NCBI GenBank assembly: GCA_050309605.1
Contig: JBNRMN010000073.1
Span: forward strand, 1 to 64,000
DNA length: 64,000 bases
DNA from: Anaerohalosphaeraceae bacterium
Lineage (GTDB): Bacteria > Planctomycetota > Phycisphaerae > Sedimentisphaerales > Anaerohalosphaeraceae
Direction: 5' to 3'
Part shown: positions 39,350 to 49,720 of the stretch, piece after piece
How the letters are laid out: every line of letters starts with the position of its first letter
Position numbering within the stretch: position 1 is the first letter of the stretch
Program-made: the position numbers and the translations under genes
The notes under the pieces: model-generated
Told to the model about the DNA's origin: nothing
Databases searched by the model: none
Seen by the model: only the letters and a program-made list of their open reading frames with translations

Positions 39350-40228
39350 TCAGACCGGTCGGACAAAAAAGACCAGCATTTTCAGGATGGCTGCAAGGAT
39401 ATTGTAAAACGCATGCGTACCGGCGGTAATCCCGAAACCGCGGACGGCGTACAGTGCGGCAAAATAAATACCGGCCAGGGTGCGAAAGACAAATCGGCCC
39501 ATCGTGAACGGATCGCCGCGGAAAAATCGCCCGTTGGCAAAGAAGAAATGATGGTGGGCACTAAACAGCAAGGCTGAAATCAGCACCGAGGCGAAAATTG
39601 CGTTGTTCTTCTGCAAGCCGAGCACATCCTGGAAGAGCATCATCAGCAGGCAGATGAGAACCAGCCGAAACACCAGCTCTTCGTATATGCCCGCTCCGAT
39701 GCCGGTGATAATATCGACCATCAACATCCGCTGGGTCTGGGGGTCGATGATCTCCTGGAGCGGGATCAGCACGGCGGCCGAAGGCGGTCCGGTTGGGCCG
39801 TTGCGGTTCAGCAGCAGACTCAGGACAATCAGCGGCACCGCCAGCATGATGCATTCAAGGGTCATCGGGATAAAATCGCCGACGCGGACCTGCCATCGGG
39901 TGTTGGATGTGATTTGCAGAGCCAGCAGGATGACGATAACCACCAGCGGTGCAGTAATCCAGGTCATGCGAGGGCTGAAACCGATAAATTCAAGTAAGTT
40001 CTGCACCCAGACAAAGGCCACGACACGCACCTGGGGTTGGGCCAGGGACTGAGTGAGCGTTTCAGGATGAATCAGAAACGTGCCGATCTCATAAAACAAC
40101 ATAAACCCGAGCAGATACGTCAGCGCATAAATCGGGCGGCTGGTTCGATCCAGATAGGAATCCGGCAAAAACGAGACGAGCTGTCCCGTTGATCGCGTTG
40201 TTCTGTTGTGTCTGGAGCGTTTGGCCAC
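39350..40228 (-). CDS. CPBP-family intramembrane glutamic protease
   Basis: GAGIYEELVFR, FSAHH, THAFYN; multiple TMs; start uncertain (ORF open to 40327). Confidence 0.85.
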   Translation of the reverse strand: MAKRSRHNRTTRSTGQLVSFLPDSYLDRTSRPIYALTYLLGFMLFYEIGTFLIHPETLTQSLAQPQVRVVAFVWVQNLLEFIGFSPRMTWITAPLVVIVILLALQITSNTRWQVRVGDFIPMTLECIMLAVPLIVLSLLLNRNGPTGPPSAAVLIPLQEIIDPQTQRMLMVDIITGIGAGIYEELVFRLVLICLLMMLFQDVLGLQKNNAIFASVLISALLFSAHHHFFFANGRFFRGDPFTMGRFVFRTLAGIYFAALYAVRGFGITAGTHAFYNILAAILKMLVFFVRPV

Positions 40229-40525
40229 GTTCTGAGCCTTCTTGATATAATCTAAACCATCCGGTTTTTCGTACTTTGGTCGTACAAGAATTTGTTTTTT
40301 CGGCACGGTCATCCCGGCCGTGCTCACGGCCTGCCAAGCCTATGCCGCGTGAACTTGTCGAGTTGGTGTGGATTTTCACGCAATTTTGCCCAAAATGCAA
40401 TAAAATCTGTAATAAATTCCCTGCCGGAGCGGCGTTTGCCGATTTTTTGAAGTCAAGAGATGAAAAGTTATCGGGCGTCCTTGCGCTGCCGCGCTGTTGT
40501 GTTCGCGGTTTTGTTACGGGGCGGA

Positions 40526-41500
40526 CTATCCTTTCAGTCTGTTCCAGTCGGGCTGGATGATTTCGTCCTGTTTGAGCATACAAACGCCGTCGGGACAGGC
40601 GCCGATATCGGGGCAGATCGGCTCGCCGCGGCGCAGTGCAAGAATTTTTTTCGGGAACGCCGCGCCGGCCAGGTGAGAACAGGGGTATCCGCCGCCGAAT
40701 CGCGGGTTAATCTCAAGTAGTTTAGGGCCGTCCTTGTCCACCATCACATCCACGTCCGCCGGGCCGACGAGGTTGAGGTGTTCCAGGAGGGTTTTGCCGA
40801 ACTCAATCAGTTCCGGATTGTTTGTGCTGACGGCCTTGTCGGTTTCGCCGGCGCGCATTGCCAGCTTCCGTTTGCAATAGACGCTGATCGGGCGCGACCG
40901 GGTATCGGCAAACAGATCATACCCGTATTCAGCGCCCTTGATGACCTCCTGAATCATCGGGGTCGGACAGGCCTCGAATGCTCCTTCCAACTGAATTTTG
41001 TCGGCGCAGTACGTCAGATTCATCGAAGCGCTGCCGCGTCGAGGCTTGACCAGCAGCGGCCATTGGACCGTGCCGGAGTCAATATGCGACAGGGCGTCTG
41101 CAATGGTGATAAAGGTCTGCGGTGCGGCGATGCCGTGCTGTCGGGCAAACTGCCATGTCTGATATTTGTCTGAGGCTGTTTCAATGGTGTGCGGCGGTGA
41201 GAGCAGCAGCAGGATATCATGCCGCTCAAATTCGCTTCGAAAGGCCGATAATATCTCCAGTTCGGGGTCAATCAGCGGGATGACGATTTGAATCTTGTTA
41301 ATCCGACATAATTCGAGCACATGGTCGAGATAATCGGGATGGGTAATTTCCGGGATGATGACGCGATGGTCGCAATAGGCAAAGGCCGGCGCATAACGGC
41401 TGTTGTCAGCCCCCCAGACCTGACCATCCGCTGCCAGTGCATCCTTGAAGTAACGCACCAGATAGCCGCGGCGCCCCACTGAAGTCAGCAATACATTCAT
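40526..41500 (-). CDS. ATP-grasp domain protein (carbamoyl-phosphate synthase-like)
   Basis: MNVLLTSVGRR, IPLIDPEL, DK, VKPRRGSAS, QE, EY..D, EINPRFGGGYP. Confidence 0.88.
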   Translation of the reverse strand: MNVLLTSVGRRGYLVRYFKDALAADGQVWGADNSRYAPAFAYCDHRVIIPEITHPDYLDHVLELCRINKIQIVIPLIDPELEILSAFRSEFERHDILLLLSPPHTIETASDKYQTWQFARQHGIAAPQTFITIADALSHIDSGTVQWPLLVKPRRGSASMNLTYCADKIQLEGAFEACPTPMIQEVIKGAEYGYDLFADTRSRPISVYCKRKLAMRAGETDKAVSTNNPELIEFGKTLLEHLNLVGPADVDVMVDKDGPKLLEINPRFGGGYPCSHLAGAAFPKKILALRRGEPICPDIGACPDGVCMLKQDEIIQPDWNRLKG

Positions 41501-41663
41501 TGTTTGATCACTCGCGTCAATGATTCCCTCATATTTCGTCATTATTATACGGCAGGTCAAGCGCAATTCACAGGATTTTTTCCGTCCGGAAAATGAATCG
41601 GTGGACATCGGCAGTTAAGCCCGCTACAATGACGCGCCGATACAATCTGAGGAGGCCGCTATC

Positions 41664-42824
41664 ATGCTGTTCGAACACTTTGTCGGGCCGGAACGGCCTG
41701 TGAGTTGGACATTTCGTTTCTGGCCGGTGCTGGTCAGCGCGTGGACCTTTGCGCTGGCGGCCACGTGGCTGTGCAAGAAGATCGCCATCCGGCTTAATAT
41801 TGTGGATAAGCCGGACGATTTTGTCAAGACCCACAAAGAACCGGTCGCCTATCTGGGCGGCATCGGGATTTTGGTGGGGCTGACCGTCGGGATACTGGCC
41901 GGCATCGCCTTGATTCAGGACTTCACGTCGTTCGGTCAGGTGTTGTCTCAACTGCTGGGTATTCTGGCCGGTGGTGCGGTCGCGTGTTTTGTGGGGCTGG
42001 TGGATGATATTCTGGATATTCGTCCGTGGCAGAAACTGCTCGGTCAGTTTATCGCTTCCGGGGCGCTGATTGCCGTGGGGATTTTGCCGAATCTGACCTA
42101 TTTTGCGACACCGCTGGGAGTGACACTGCCAGAGCCTGTGCATTATGCGCTGGGGGCGATGGTGGTGGTGTTTTTTGTATTGGGGGCGTCCAATTCGCTG
42201 AATTTGCTGGACGGGCTGGACGGACTGTGCGGCGGGGTAACGGCGATTATCACTATCGGGATGCTGATTTTGTCGATGCATCTGGCGACGTGGGGCTTCA
42301 GCGAGGTCGGCGATCCGGTGCGAATTATTATAGGCCTGAGTCTGGTCGGCGGGGTGCTGGGATTTTTGCCGTTTAATCGCTATCCGGCCAAGATTTTTAT
42401 GGGGGATGCGGGCAGTATGCTGCTGGGGTTTGTCACCGCGGCGCTGATGATCCTGTTTGCCGAGACGATTCCCCGCTGGTGGATGGCCTCGATTGTGATT
42501 TTCGGGCTGCCGATCCTCGATACCGCCACCGCGCTGGTACGTCGGCTGATTAACCGCCGTCCGCTGATGGTGTCCGACCGGGGGCATATTTACGACCAGC
42601 TTATCGACCGCGGGCTTGGGCTGAAACACACCGTCGCCCTGAGTTATGCACTGGCGGGGATGTATGCCCTGATCGGCATCACAATGAGCCAGATTCGCAC
42701 GCGCTATGCGCTGCTGATTTACGTCCTGGTGGTCGTCGTTTCCGGGGCGGTGGTTTGGGCCAAAGGGTTTTTGAAGATGGAAGGCCACCGCGGCGCGGTC
42801 CACAAAAACGGCCTTCCGGAATAA
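41664..42824 (+). CDS. MraY/WecA/TagO-family polyprenyl-phosphate GlcNAc-1-P transferase
   Basis: D.P...K.H..P...LGG, GLVDD, NSLNLLDGLDGL, PAKIFMGDAGS, DRGHI. Confidence 0.92.
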   Translation: MLFEHFVGPERPVSWTFRFWPVLVSAWTFALAATWLCKKIAIRLNIVDKPDDFVKTHKEPVAYLGGIGILVGLTVGILAGIALIQDFTSFGQVLSQLLGILAGGAVACFVGLVDDILDIRPWQKLLGQFIASGALIAVGILPNLTYFATPLGVTLPEPVHYALGAMVVVFFVLGASNSLNLLDGLDGLCGGVTAIITIGMLILSMHLATWGFSEVGDPVRIIIGLSLVGGVLGFLPFNRYPAKIFMGDAGSMLLGFVTAALMILFAETIPRWWMASIVIFGLPILDTATALVRRLINRRPLMVSDRGHIYDQLIDRGLGLKHTVALSYALAGMYALIGITMSQIRTRYALLIYVLVVVVSGAVVWAKGFLKMEGHRGAVHKNGLPE

Positions 42825-42854
42825 CCGCCACCCCATATTTTTCAGGCAAGGCGT

Positions 42855-44105
42855 TTACGCTGCGCCGAAGACCGGCAGAATATGCCGACGATAGATGTTG
42901 TCGGTCACATGCGGGCCGATCTGCTCGGCAAAGCGTGTGAGCCGGTCAGTATAGCGTGTTCCCATCTGAGCGGCGATCTTGTAGCCGACGTGGATGAGCT
43001 GGCGAAAATCGGGATTGTACTCGTTGCAGGTCGGATCATGGCGCAGTGCGGCGGCAAACTGCTGTCCATCCCACTCGGCGGCGGTTTGCTCAGACGGAAG
43101 GCGGGTCTTGTCGATATCAATTACCGCCGCATAGGGCGCGCAAAGATCGTCAAAATGCGCCAGCGACTCGGTATAAATCGCTTTGGCCAGGGCCAGCCCC
43201 TCCGCATCGGCCAGGGCCAGACCGATCAATTCCTCCAGCCAGGTGGTGCCGGCAGTCTTAAGATGTACGCCGGCATTGAAATCACGCACGGCTTGCCGAA
43301 TGGCCGGGTAGATGGAAAACTTGTCGCTGCCGGAATGAACGCTGAGCTTGAGGTTGTCCGGCAGGCCGAAGGTCTTGACGGCGTGGGCAATGACCGCCAT
43401 ATCAGCCCGAAACTCGGCCTCGAACTGGGCTGGATCACCGACATAATCGACGCCTTTGTTGAAGCGTCCGCTGAACCGCGGGGCAATCGTCTGGGCGGGG
43501 ATGCCCTCGGCGGCAATCGCCGACAGAATAAAGAACATCTCCGCCGGCGACTGAGGAATGTCGGTTTCGTCCATGGAGACTTCGGTGACGAACGCATCGG
43601 CGGGCCTTTGCTCAAGAATACGGCGATAGATGCGTCCGGCCTCTTTGACAGCGAACAGGAATTTCTCTGCAATGCGTTTGATATCCTGTCGGGTAACAGT
43701 AAAGGGCGTATCGAGTCCGGGAATCTCAAGCGTTCCGATGAAACGTTCATTCCGACGACAAAACGCCTCAATGTCGTCATCGGGAGCCGCCTGTCCGATG
43801 GCCTCGGCCACATCCAGCGTGAAAAAGTCGCTGCACTCCAGAAATCCGTCGATGGTCTTCAGGTGCACATGGTCGGCATCGACAAAATACGGCCTGTCCC
43901 ACTGCAACGCCGCAACAGCCGCATCCGCCTGGCGGCGTACGTCCGCCGGCTGAGTGCCGATGATGCTGTGTTCGCGGTATGACTTGTTCCACACCGGTGT
44001 TACGTCAATGCCTTCGGTCTGTGCCAGCCGCATCGCCTTCAACTGAGCGACGCCCTGACAGCCGAACCGATCGCCGATGCCCATCGAAAATTTCGGCAGT
44101 TTCAT
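42855..44105 (-). CDS. uxaE: Tagaturonate/fructuronate epimerase UxaE family
   Basis: SMGIGDRFG, DADH, EVSMDET, APRF.G.F.KGVDY, KLSVHSGSDKFSIY, HLKTAGTTWLE, RQLIHVGY. Confidence 0.88.
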   Translation of the reverse strand: MKLPKFSMGIGDRFGCQGVAQLKAMRLAQTEGIDVTPVWNKSYREHSIIGTQPADVRRQADAAVAALQWDRPYFVDADHVHLKTIDGFLECSDFFTLDVAEAIGQAAPDDDIEAFCRRNERFIGTLEIPGLDTPFTVTRQDIKRIAEKFLFAVKEAGRIYRRILEQRPADAFVTEVSMDETDIPQSPAEMFFILSAIAAEGIPAQTIAPRFSGRFNKGVDYVGDPAQFEAEFRADMAVIAHAVKTFGLPDNLKLSVHSGSDKFSIYPAIRQAVRDFNAGVHLKTAGTTWLEELIGLALADAEGLALAKAIYTESLAHFDDLCAPYAAVIDIDKTRLPSEQTAAEWDGQQFAAALRHDPTCNEYNPDFRQLIHVGYKIAAQMGTRYTDRLTRFAEQIGPHVTDNIYRRHILPVFGAA

Positions 44106-44140
44106 TTGTGTCCTTTCACCTTTCCCGTTTTGATATGGAT

Positions 44141-44902
44141 TCAAACCTTGCCGACAGCGGCAAGATAAATGACAAACTCATCGTTTCCGTCCAGTCCTGC
44201 GAGCTGATCCATCTGTGTCTGGTCATACGCCGCCACCGCACACGCCCCGGCGCCGATGGATTCGGCGGCCAGATATGTATTTTGGCAGGCGTGGCCGGCG
44301 TCAAGAGCAATTAACTTGGGCCAGGCCGGGCCGTAACGCCATTCCATGCGATACGGCACCGCTGAAAAGATCAGCACCGCCGCGGCCTGCGCCATCCAGT
44401 GCTGGTCGAAACAGGCCCGGGCGGTCTTCTCCAAAATCGCATCATCGGCTTTCAGTGCGACCAATGTATGATCCGTCGCCCGATAGCGATACAGGCCTTT
44501 GGGCAGTTTCTCGACATTTCCGATGGCGATATAAAGCTGAATCGCGTGGCGCGCCCCGGCCGAGGGAACGGTGCGAAAAACCGCCCGCCCGGCGCCGATA
44601 ATCTTCTGTATGCCCAGCGTCGCCCAACTCACATACGCCAGCTCATCGAGCGTCATCGGCGCAGCAGCGAAACGACGTCGGCTGCGGCGTCGGTCGATAG
44701 CCGTTCGCACCGACATATCGCCGCACATCCGTGTTTCAGGCGACGGCAGGACAATCCGTTCGGCTCCCTGGGGCGGTGATGTTTCGACCGGACTGTCGGG
44801 CAGTCCTTTTTGCTGGTCGGATACAAACGGCTCAAAAACGGCCTTGAGGAACCGTCGCGAAGAAATCGGATTTTCAGTTTTCGGCTTTTTCGGTTTTCGC
44901 AT
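44141..44902 (-). CDS. SagB/ThcOx-family FMN nitroreductase
   Basis: SDQQ.GLP, RRSRRRF, RTVPSAGARH, WRYG, DAGH..QN.YL, GACAVAAY. Confidence 0.88.
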   Translation of the reverse strand: MRKPKKPKTENPISSRRFLKAVFEPFVSDQQKGLPDSPVETSPPQGAERIVLPSPETRMCGDMSVRTAIDRRRSRRRFAAAPMTLDELAYVSWATLGIQKIIGAGRAVFRTVPSAGARHAIQLYIAIGNVEKLPKGLYRYRATDHTLVALKADDAILEKTARACFDQHWMAQAAAVLIFSAVPYRMEWRYGPAWPKLIALDAGHACQNTYLAAESIGAGACAVAAYDQTQMDQLAGLDGNDEFVIYLAAVGKV

Positions 44903-46346
44903 TGGCGGTGATTTTATCGATTTTGAAACATCCCAGCGTGTTGACCAGACTGAAAAAATCCGAGGGATTGCCGTCGCCGACGGCCAGTGAGATATGCCCC
45001 GGACCGAAGCCGTCGGGCGCCCGGGTGGCGTCCAATCCAAGCCATTGACCGGCGACATACACTTCGGTCCACATGTGGCCGCCAAAGACGCTCTTTTGGC
45101 CGATGAATGAATCGACATAGACCACGCCGCACACGACCCGCGCCGGGATGCCGACGGCTCGGCACATCGCCGCGGCCAGCACGGCATGTTCGCTGCAATC
45201 ACCCTGACGGCTTCGCGCCACTTCGGCGGCTGAGGCGTACCCGATAGAAAGGTCTTTGGTGGTAATATAGCCGTTCACGAACGATTCGATCTGGCGAGCG
45301 GCTTTGAGCGTCTCGGTGGTCGAACCGATGGCGGCCGCGGCCAGTTCCTGAACCTTTTCGTCGTCGCTTTGCAGGTATTCGGTCGGCTTGATCGCCGCCA
45401 GTGCTTCGGCGTCATCGCCGCTATAGGGCAGGGTCGTGTCCGACGCGGGCACTGCCGGCTGAACGGTGACCACGATCCGTCCATTGTCCTTTCTGACGGT
45501 TTGGTTGGAGGTGGACGGAATCGTCAACGGCCCCTCGCAGGTTGGCGTCAATTCATATTGAATCGACGCTTTTTGGCCGATGCCGGTCAATTCAGCCGGA
45601 CTTTTTATGCTGAGCCGATCGAGGAAGTCCACTACATCGTCATCGCGCAGGGCAAACGCCTTGTCGCACTGAATCATCTCGAGGGTCATGCCCATCATCG
45701 GCACCAGACTTTTGAGGGCTTTTATTTCGTTGTCCACGTAACTGGTTACGGTAATCGGCTGGCCGGGCACATGCATGGTCACCTTCACGTCGGTCAATTC
45801 CACCACCCGCCCGAACAAATCCACGTTTGTTTTGGCGCCGACCTGAACCGACGCTTTGATTGCCCTTCGCATATCAGGGCGAAAGATTTCAACCTCATAC
45901 GTATGCCCTTCGGCCAGGCCGTGCTGCTCCTGCAGCAGCCGCATTCCCTGGCTGAGCAGCGCTCCGGCGGGCCAATCCATCACAACCTGCTGCTGTTGTG
46001 CCATGGCTTCGGTGGTGATGGTGACTTTGCCGTCGGCGATTTGGCCGATGTGGGTTTGTTCAATGCCGCTCATATTGAGCCGCATCTCAAAGCCCAGCGG
46101 CTTGCCGTCGAGGGTTTCGTAGTGGATTTCGGTGGATTCGATTTTGACCGCCTGTCCGCCTCGCCCCAGCGTCATCGTCAAACGTTCGCTCGTGGTTACT
46201 TTGGTGCCTTCGATGGAACGGGTGTGCTCGGCGTGACCGATCTTTTTGCCTTCGAGCAAAATCGCCAGATAGTCTTTTTCTTCCTGGGTCTGTGCCGTGC
46301 CAATTGCCGACAGACAAAGACTCAACGCGATAAACAGCCTGATCAT
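44874..46346 (-). CDS. Secreted transglutaminase-like domain protein
   Basis: Signal peptide; GDCSEHA..CRAVGIPAR, GHMWTEV, LDAT (intact Cys-His-Asp triad). Confidence 0.88.
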   Translation of the reverse strand: MIRLFIALSLCLSAIGTAQTQEEKDYLAILLEGKKIGHAEHTRSIEGTKVTTSERLTMTLGRGGQAVKIESTEIHYETLDGKPLGFEMRLNMSGIEQTHIGQIADGKVTITTEAMAQQQQVVMDWPAGALLSQGMRLLQEQHGLAEGHTYEVEIFRPDMRRAIKASVQVGAKTNVDLFGRVVELTDVKVTMHVPGQPITVTSYVDNEIKALKSLVPMMGMTLEMIQCDKAFALRDDDVVDFLDRLSIKSPAELTGIGQKASIQYELTPTCEGPLTIPSTSNQTVRKDNGRIVVTVQPAVPASDTTLPYSGDDAEALAAIKPTEYLQSDDEKVQELAAAAIGSTTETLKAARQIESFVNGYITTKDLSIGYASAAEVARSRQGDCSEHAVLAAAMCRAVGIPARVVCGVVYVDSFIGQKSVFGGHMWTEVYVAGQWLGLDATRAPDGFGPGHISLAVGDGNPSDFFSLVNTLGCFKIDKITANAKTEKAEN

Positions 46347-46551
46347 TCGCTCATTCTTCACTATTGTACCCTTTCATTTGATGCCGCCGGATACTGCCGG
46401 CCGCAGTGATTACGGTTTTTGCATTACACCTGTTTTGTACGTACAGACGTTTGACCCTCTTTGTCTATTGTACCTTTTAGCGGACAAAACTCAATGAAAA
46501 GCGAAAAGAAATAAGCTTTTCAAGAGCAGGAACTTGGGGTATTGTTCATTG

Positions 46552-47721
46552 ATGGACACACAACCGCACATATCGACGACGCCTTTGCCGCCGCTGAGCG
46601 TCAGCGTGCTGACGGGCGGCGGTCCGTCGGCAATCGCCAGCGTGGCCCTTTGCGGACGGGATGCCGAGCGGATCGTTCGGAATCTTTTCAGGCGATCTTT
46701 GCCGGCTTGCGGCCGACTGGCCTTTGGGGCGCTTCAAGACGGGGATACGGTGATTGACAGCATTGTCCTGGGGCGTGAACGGGCGGATTGCTTTGTGGTG
46801 CACTGCCACGGCAATCCGCTGTTGGTTGAGCATATTGTGCGGGTTTGTCAGCGTTATGGCGCGCAGCTTCAGTCGGCCGATGAATGCCTGTTTGGGCAAT
46901 TGCAGGGCGCCTGTCGCACGCGGATTGAGGCCGAGGCCCGTCTGGCAATGACACGAGCGGCGACGCGGGAGGGGGTCGAGCTGATTGCCGGACAAATCGA
47001 GGGCGGCCTGTCGGCCTGGGCGAGGGACTGGATTGAATCCAAGTCATTTGAAATCAATCAGTTACACAAAGAATGTGCGACCGTTCTTCGGCGGAGCAAA
47101 ACAGCTCGACTGCTCATTGAGGGCGTGCGGATCGGGTTGCTGGGTCCGCCCAACAGCGGAAAAAGTACGTTGTTGAACCAGCTGGCCGCCGAGAATGCGG
47201 CGATTGTATCGGATTCGGCCGGAACGACGCGGGATTGGGTCTCGACGACGTGTCGAATCGGGCCGCTCAGAGCGGAGGTGATTGACACTGCCGGCCTGGA
47301 TACGACATTGGCGGTGGACAATGTACTGGATCGAGCCGCTCAACAAGCGGCTGTTGAGGCTGCCAAGACGTGCGATCTGGTTCTTCATATACGGGATTGC
47401 ACGCAGCGGCATCCTTTGGTTGTGCCGATGACGGTCTCAGCGGCTGGTCTGACTGTCTATACCAAAAGCGATCTGCTGCCGAATCAAAAGGCCTTTTCGC
47501 CCGACACGTCCGAACCGTGGGTGCTGGTCAGTGCCCTGACCGGCCGGGGGGTGGAGGCGCTATGCCGGGCGATTCTTGCCGTGTTAAAAATCGATTCACT
47601 TGAGCCGCACTTGCCGATTTGTTTTACCGACCGACAACGAACCTGCCTTCAAACCCTTGCGGCAAGTGATTGTGAAGTTATTATAAAAAAAGAACTTACA
47701 TCGCTTATCGGGGCGGGCTGA
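46552..47721 (+). CDS. MnmE/TrmE-like GTPase, C-terminally short
   Basis: HCHG in the N-domain, GPPNSGKST, GTTRD, DTAG, TKSD, VSALTG; no terminal FCxGK. Confidence 0.8.
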   Translation: MDTQPHISTTPLPPLSVSVLTGGGPSAIASVALCGRDAERIVRNLFRRSLPACGRLAFGALQDGDTVIDSIVLGRERADCFVVHCHGNPLLVEHIVRVCQRYGAQLQSADECLFGQLQGACRTRIEAEARLAMTRAATREGVELIAGQIEGGLSAWARDWIESKSFEINQLHKECATVLRRSKTARLLIEGVRIGLLGPPNSGKSTLLNQLAAENAAIVSDSAGTTRDWVSTTCRIGPLRAEVIDTAGLDTTLAVDNVLDRAAQQAAVEAAKTCDLVLHIRDCTQRHPLVVPMTVSAAGLTVYTKSDLLPNQKAFSPDTSEPWVLVSALTGRGVEALCRAILAVLKIDSLEPHLPICFTDRQRTCLQTLAASDCEVIIKKELTSLIGAG

Positions 47722-47860
47722 AATTGATTTGTACGCCGCGGCCCTGCCGGTTAGCCTCTGCTGCACGACGGCGGGGGGATAATGTGAAAGTTATTGCATC
47801 GTTTGGTCGAAAACAGTATGATACGACTTTACGAGTTTATTTATGGAGATGTGAGCTATC

Positions 47861-49261
47861 GTGATGCAAGACGACACTTTTGATGCCGGACTTGAGAAGG
47901 CCCGGGCTTTCTTTGCTCGTGCAGAGGAAGTGGCCTCAACGGACAATTTTGACTATGCGATTGATCTGTACCTTGAGGGGTTGCGGTTTGCGCCCGATGC
48001 GCTGGAGGATGGACACGCGCCGCTGCGCAGACTGTCGCTGATTCGTCAGGGCAAGGGCGGCAAGAAGCCTTCAATGCTGGAAATAATCCGGCATAAAGGG
48101 GGCAAACTGCCGCAGGATGAGATGCTCAACGCCGAGTTTCTGCTGGCCAAGGATCCGGATAATCTGGGCTATGCCGAAGCGATGCTCAAGGCGGCGGTCG
48201 CTGGCGGGCATCACCGTACCGCGGAATGGATTGCCCATCTGATTTTTGAGGCGAACAAGGCGTCTCGAAAACCGAGTTTTTCGACCTTTATTTTACTGAA
48301 GGATTCGTACGCCAAACTGCAAATGTTTTCCAGAGCCGTTGCGGCCTGTGAGGCGGCGCTTCAGGTGCGTCCCAATGACGATCAGTTGCGCAACGAATTG
48401 CGGGATTTATGTGCCAGTATGACGATGGAAAAGGGCAAATACGGCCAGACCGCCGATTTTCGCGGGTCCATTCGCGACAAAGAAGCCCAGGATCGACTGC
48501 ACAGTCAGGAAGCCGTGGTCAAGTCCGCCCAAACGCGACAGGATGCGGTGGAAATGGCTCGAAAACGTCTTCGGGAGGGTCGTGTTTCGTCGGTCAATGT
48601 GCTGGATCTGGCTGATGCACTGGCGGATTTGGAAACCGAAGAGGGCTATCAAGAGGCCTTTGGTGTGTTGAATCAGTATTATGAGCAGACACGCGATTTT
48701 TCGTTCAAACGGCGATTAGGCGAGTTGAAACTGCGCCAACTGCGGTACGGGATTCGGGCGATTAACGAGCAGCTCAAAAGTGAGCCTCAAAACGCCGAAC
48801 TGAAGGAAAAGCAGGCTCAACTGGTCGCGGCGATGGAGCGGGAAGAGCTGGAACATTATCGGCTTTGTCAGGAAAACTACCCAACGGATTTGCGGTTCAA
48901 ATACGAATATGGTCGTTGTCTGGTGCGCGCTCAGCAGTTTGACCAAGCCATTCCGCTTTTCCAGGAGGCTCAGCGTGATCCCAAACTGCGGCTGATTTCG
49001 ATGGATAAAATCGGATTGTGCTTTCTTTTGAAGGGTTGGTATGAGGATGCGATTGATATTTTTCAAAAAGCCCTCTCGGAGTGCCCCAACCAGGAAAGCC
49101 CGGTGGCAAAAGACATAAGATACAATCTGGCAAGAAGTTACGAAGCTTTTGACAGAAAAAAAGAAGCCCTGGAAATGTACCGCAAACTGGCCCAGGTGGA
49201 TTTTGGCTATAAAGATGTCGGACAACGTATTGACAATTTGCGAAAAGATGTTACAAAATAG
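47861..49261 (+). CDS. Tetratricopeptide-repeat protein
   Basis: Repeated TPR-like helices; C-terminal RYNLARSYE...DFGYKDV..R. Confidence 0.85.
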   Translation: MMQDDTFDAGLEKARAFFARAEEVASTDNFDYAIDLYLEGLRFAPDALEDGHAPLRRLSLIRQGKGGKKPSMLEIIRHKGGKLPQDEMLNAEFLLAKDPDNLGYAEAMLKAAVAGGHHRTAEWIAHLIFEANKASRKPSFSTFILLKDSYAKLQMFSRAVAACEAALQVRPNDDQLRNELRDLCASMTMEKGKYGQTADFRGSIRDKEAQDRLHSQEAVVKSAQTRQDAVEMARKRLREGRVSSVNVLDLADALADLETEEGYQEAFGVLNQYYEQTRDFSFKRRLGELKLRQLRYGIRAINEQLKSEPQNAELKEKQAQLVAAMEREELEHYRLCQENYPTDLRFKYEYGRCLVRAQQFDQAIPLFQEAQRDPKLRLISMDKIGLCFLLKGWYEDAIDIFQKALSECPNQESPVAKDIRYNLARSYEAFDRKKEALEMYRKLAQVDFGYKDVGQRIDNLRKDVTK

Positions 49262-49353
49262 CGTTTCGTCTGTCGGCCCGGGTTGATGTCCGGGTACGGA
49301 TCTGACTTAACTAAGAACCAGATATAAACGTAACGCGAATACAGGAGTTAAAC

Positions 49354-49629
49354 GTGGCACATTCATTATCGGCCCAAAAACGTGTTCGTCAGAACGCCAA
49401 AGCACGGCTTCGCAACCGAGCGCGCAAGAGTATGGTTAAAACCCAGGTCAAACGGTTTGAGCAGACGCTGGCGTCAGGTGATCTGAACGCGGCCCAAGAG
49501 CAGCTTCGGCTGCTGACAAAGAAGCTCGACAAAGTGGCATCCACCAGTACGATGCACAAAAACACCGCCTCGCGGATGAAATCCCGCTTGACGCGGCGTT
49601 TGAATGCCCTGCGTGAAAAGGTCAGTTGA
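49354..49629 (+). CDS. rpsT: 30S ribosomal protein S20
   Basis: SAQKRVRQ..K.R.RNR..KS, LDK, HKNTASR.KSRL; AGGAG RBS. Confidence 0.95.
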   Translation: MAHSLSAQKRVRQNAKARLRNRARKSMVKTQVKRFEQTLASGDLNAAQEQLRLLTKKLDKVASTSTMHKNTASRMKSRLTRRLNALREKVS

Positions 49630-49659
49630 TATTACGGACTGTGTGAATCAGAAGTTTCG

Positions 49660-49699
49660 GCGTCTTGGCGATGGGGTCATATCGGCAAGACGCTTTTTT
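49660..49699 (+). terminator. Terminator-like hairpin after rpsT
   Basis: GCGTCTTG...CAAGACGC stem plus T tract. Confidence 0.65.
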
Positions 49700-49720
49700 A
49701 TTGACCCCGGGTTCTGAAGC

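Noticed and set aside
44141..45202. SagB-like gene as part of a RiPP cluster, and its 100-aa N-terminal extension
   Set aside because: No YcaO or precursor peptide nearby; the extension is an off-frame overlap with the transglutaminase-like gene.
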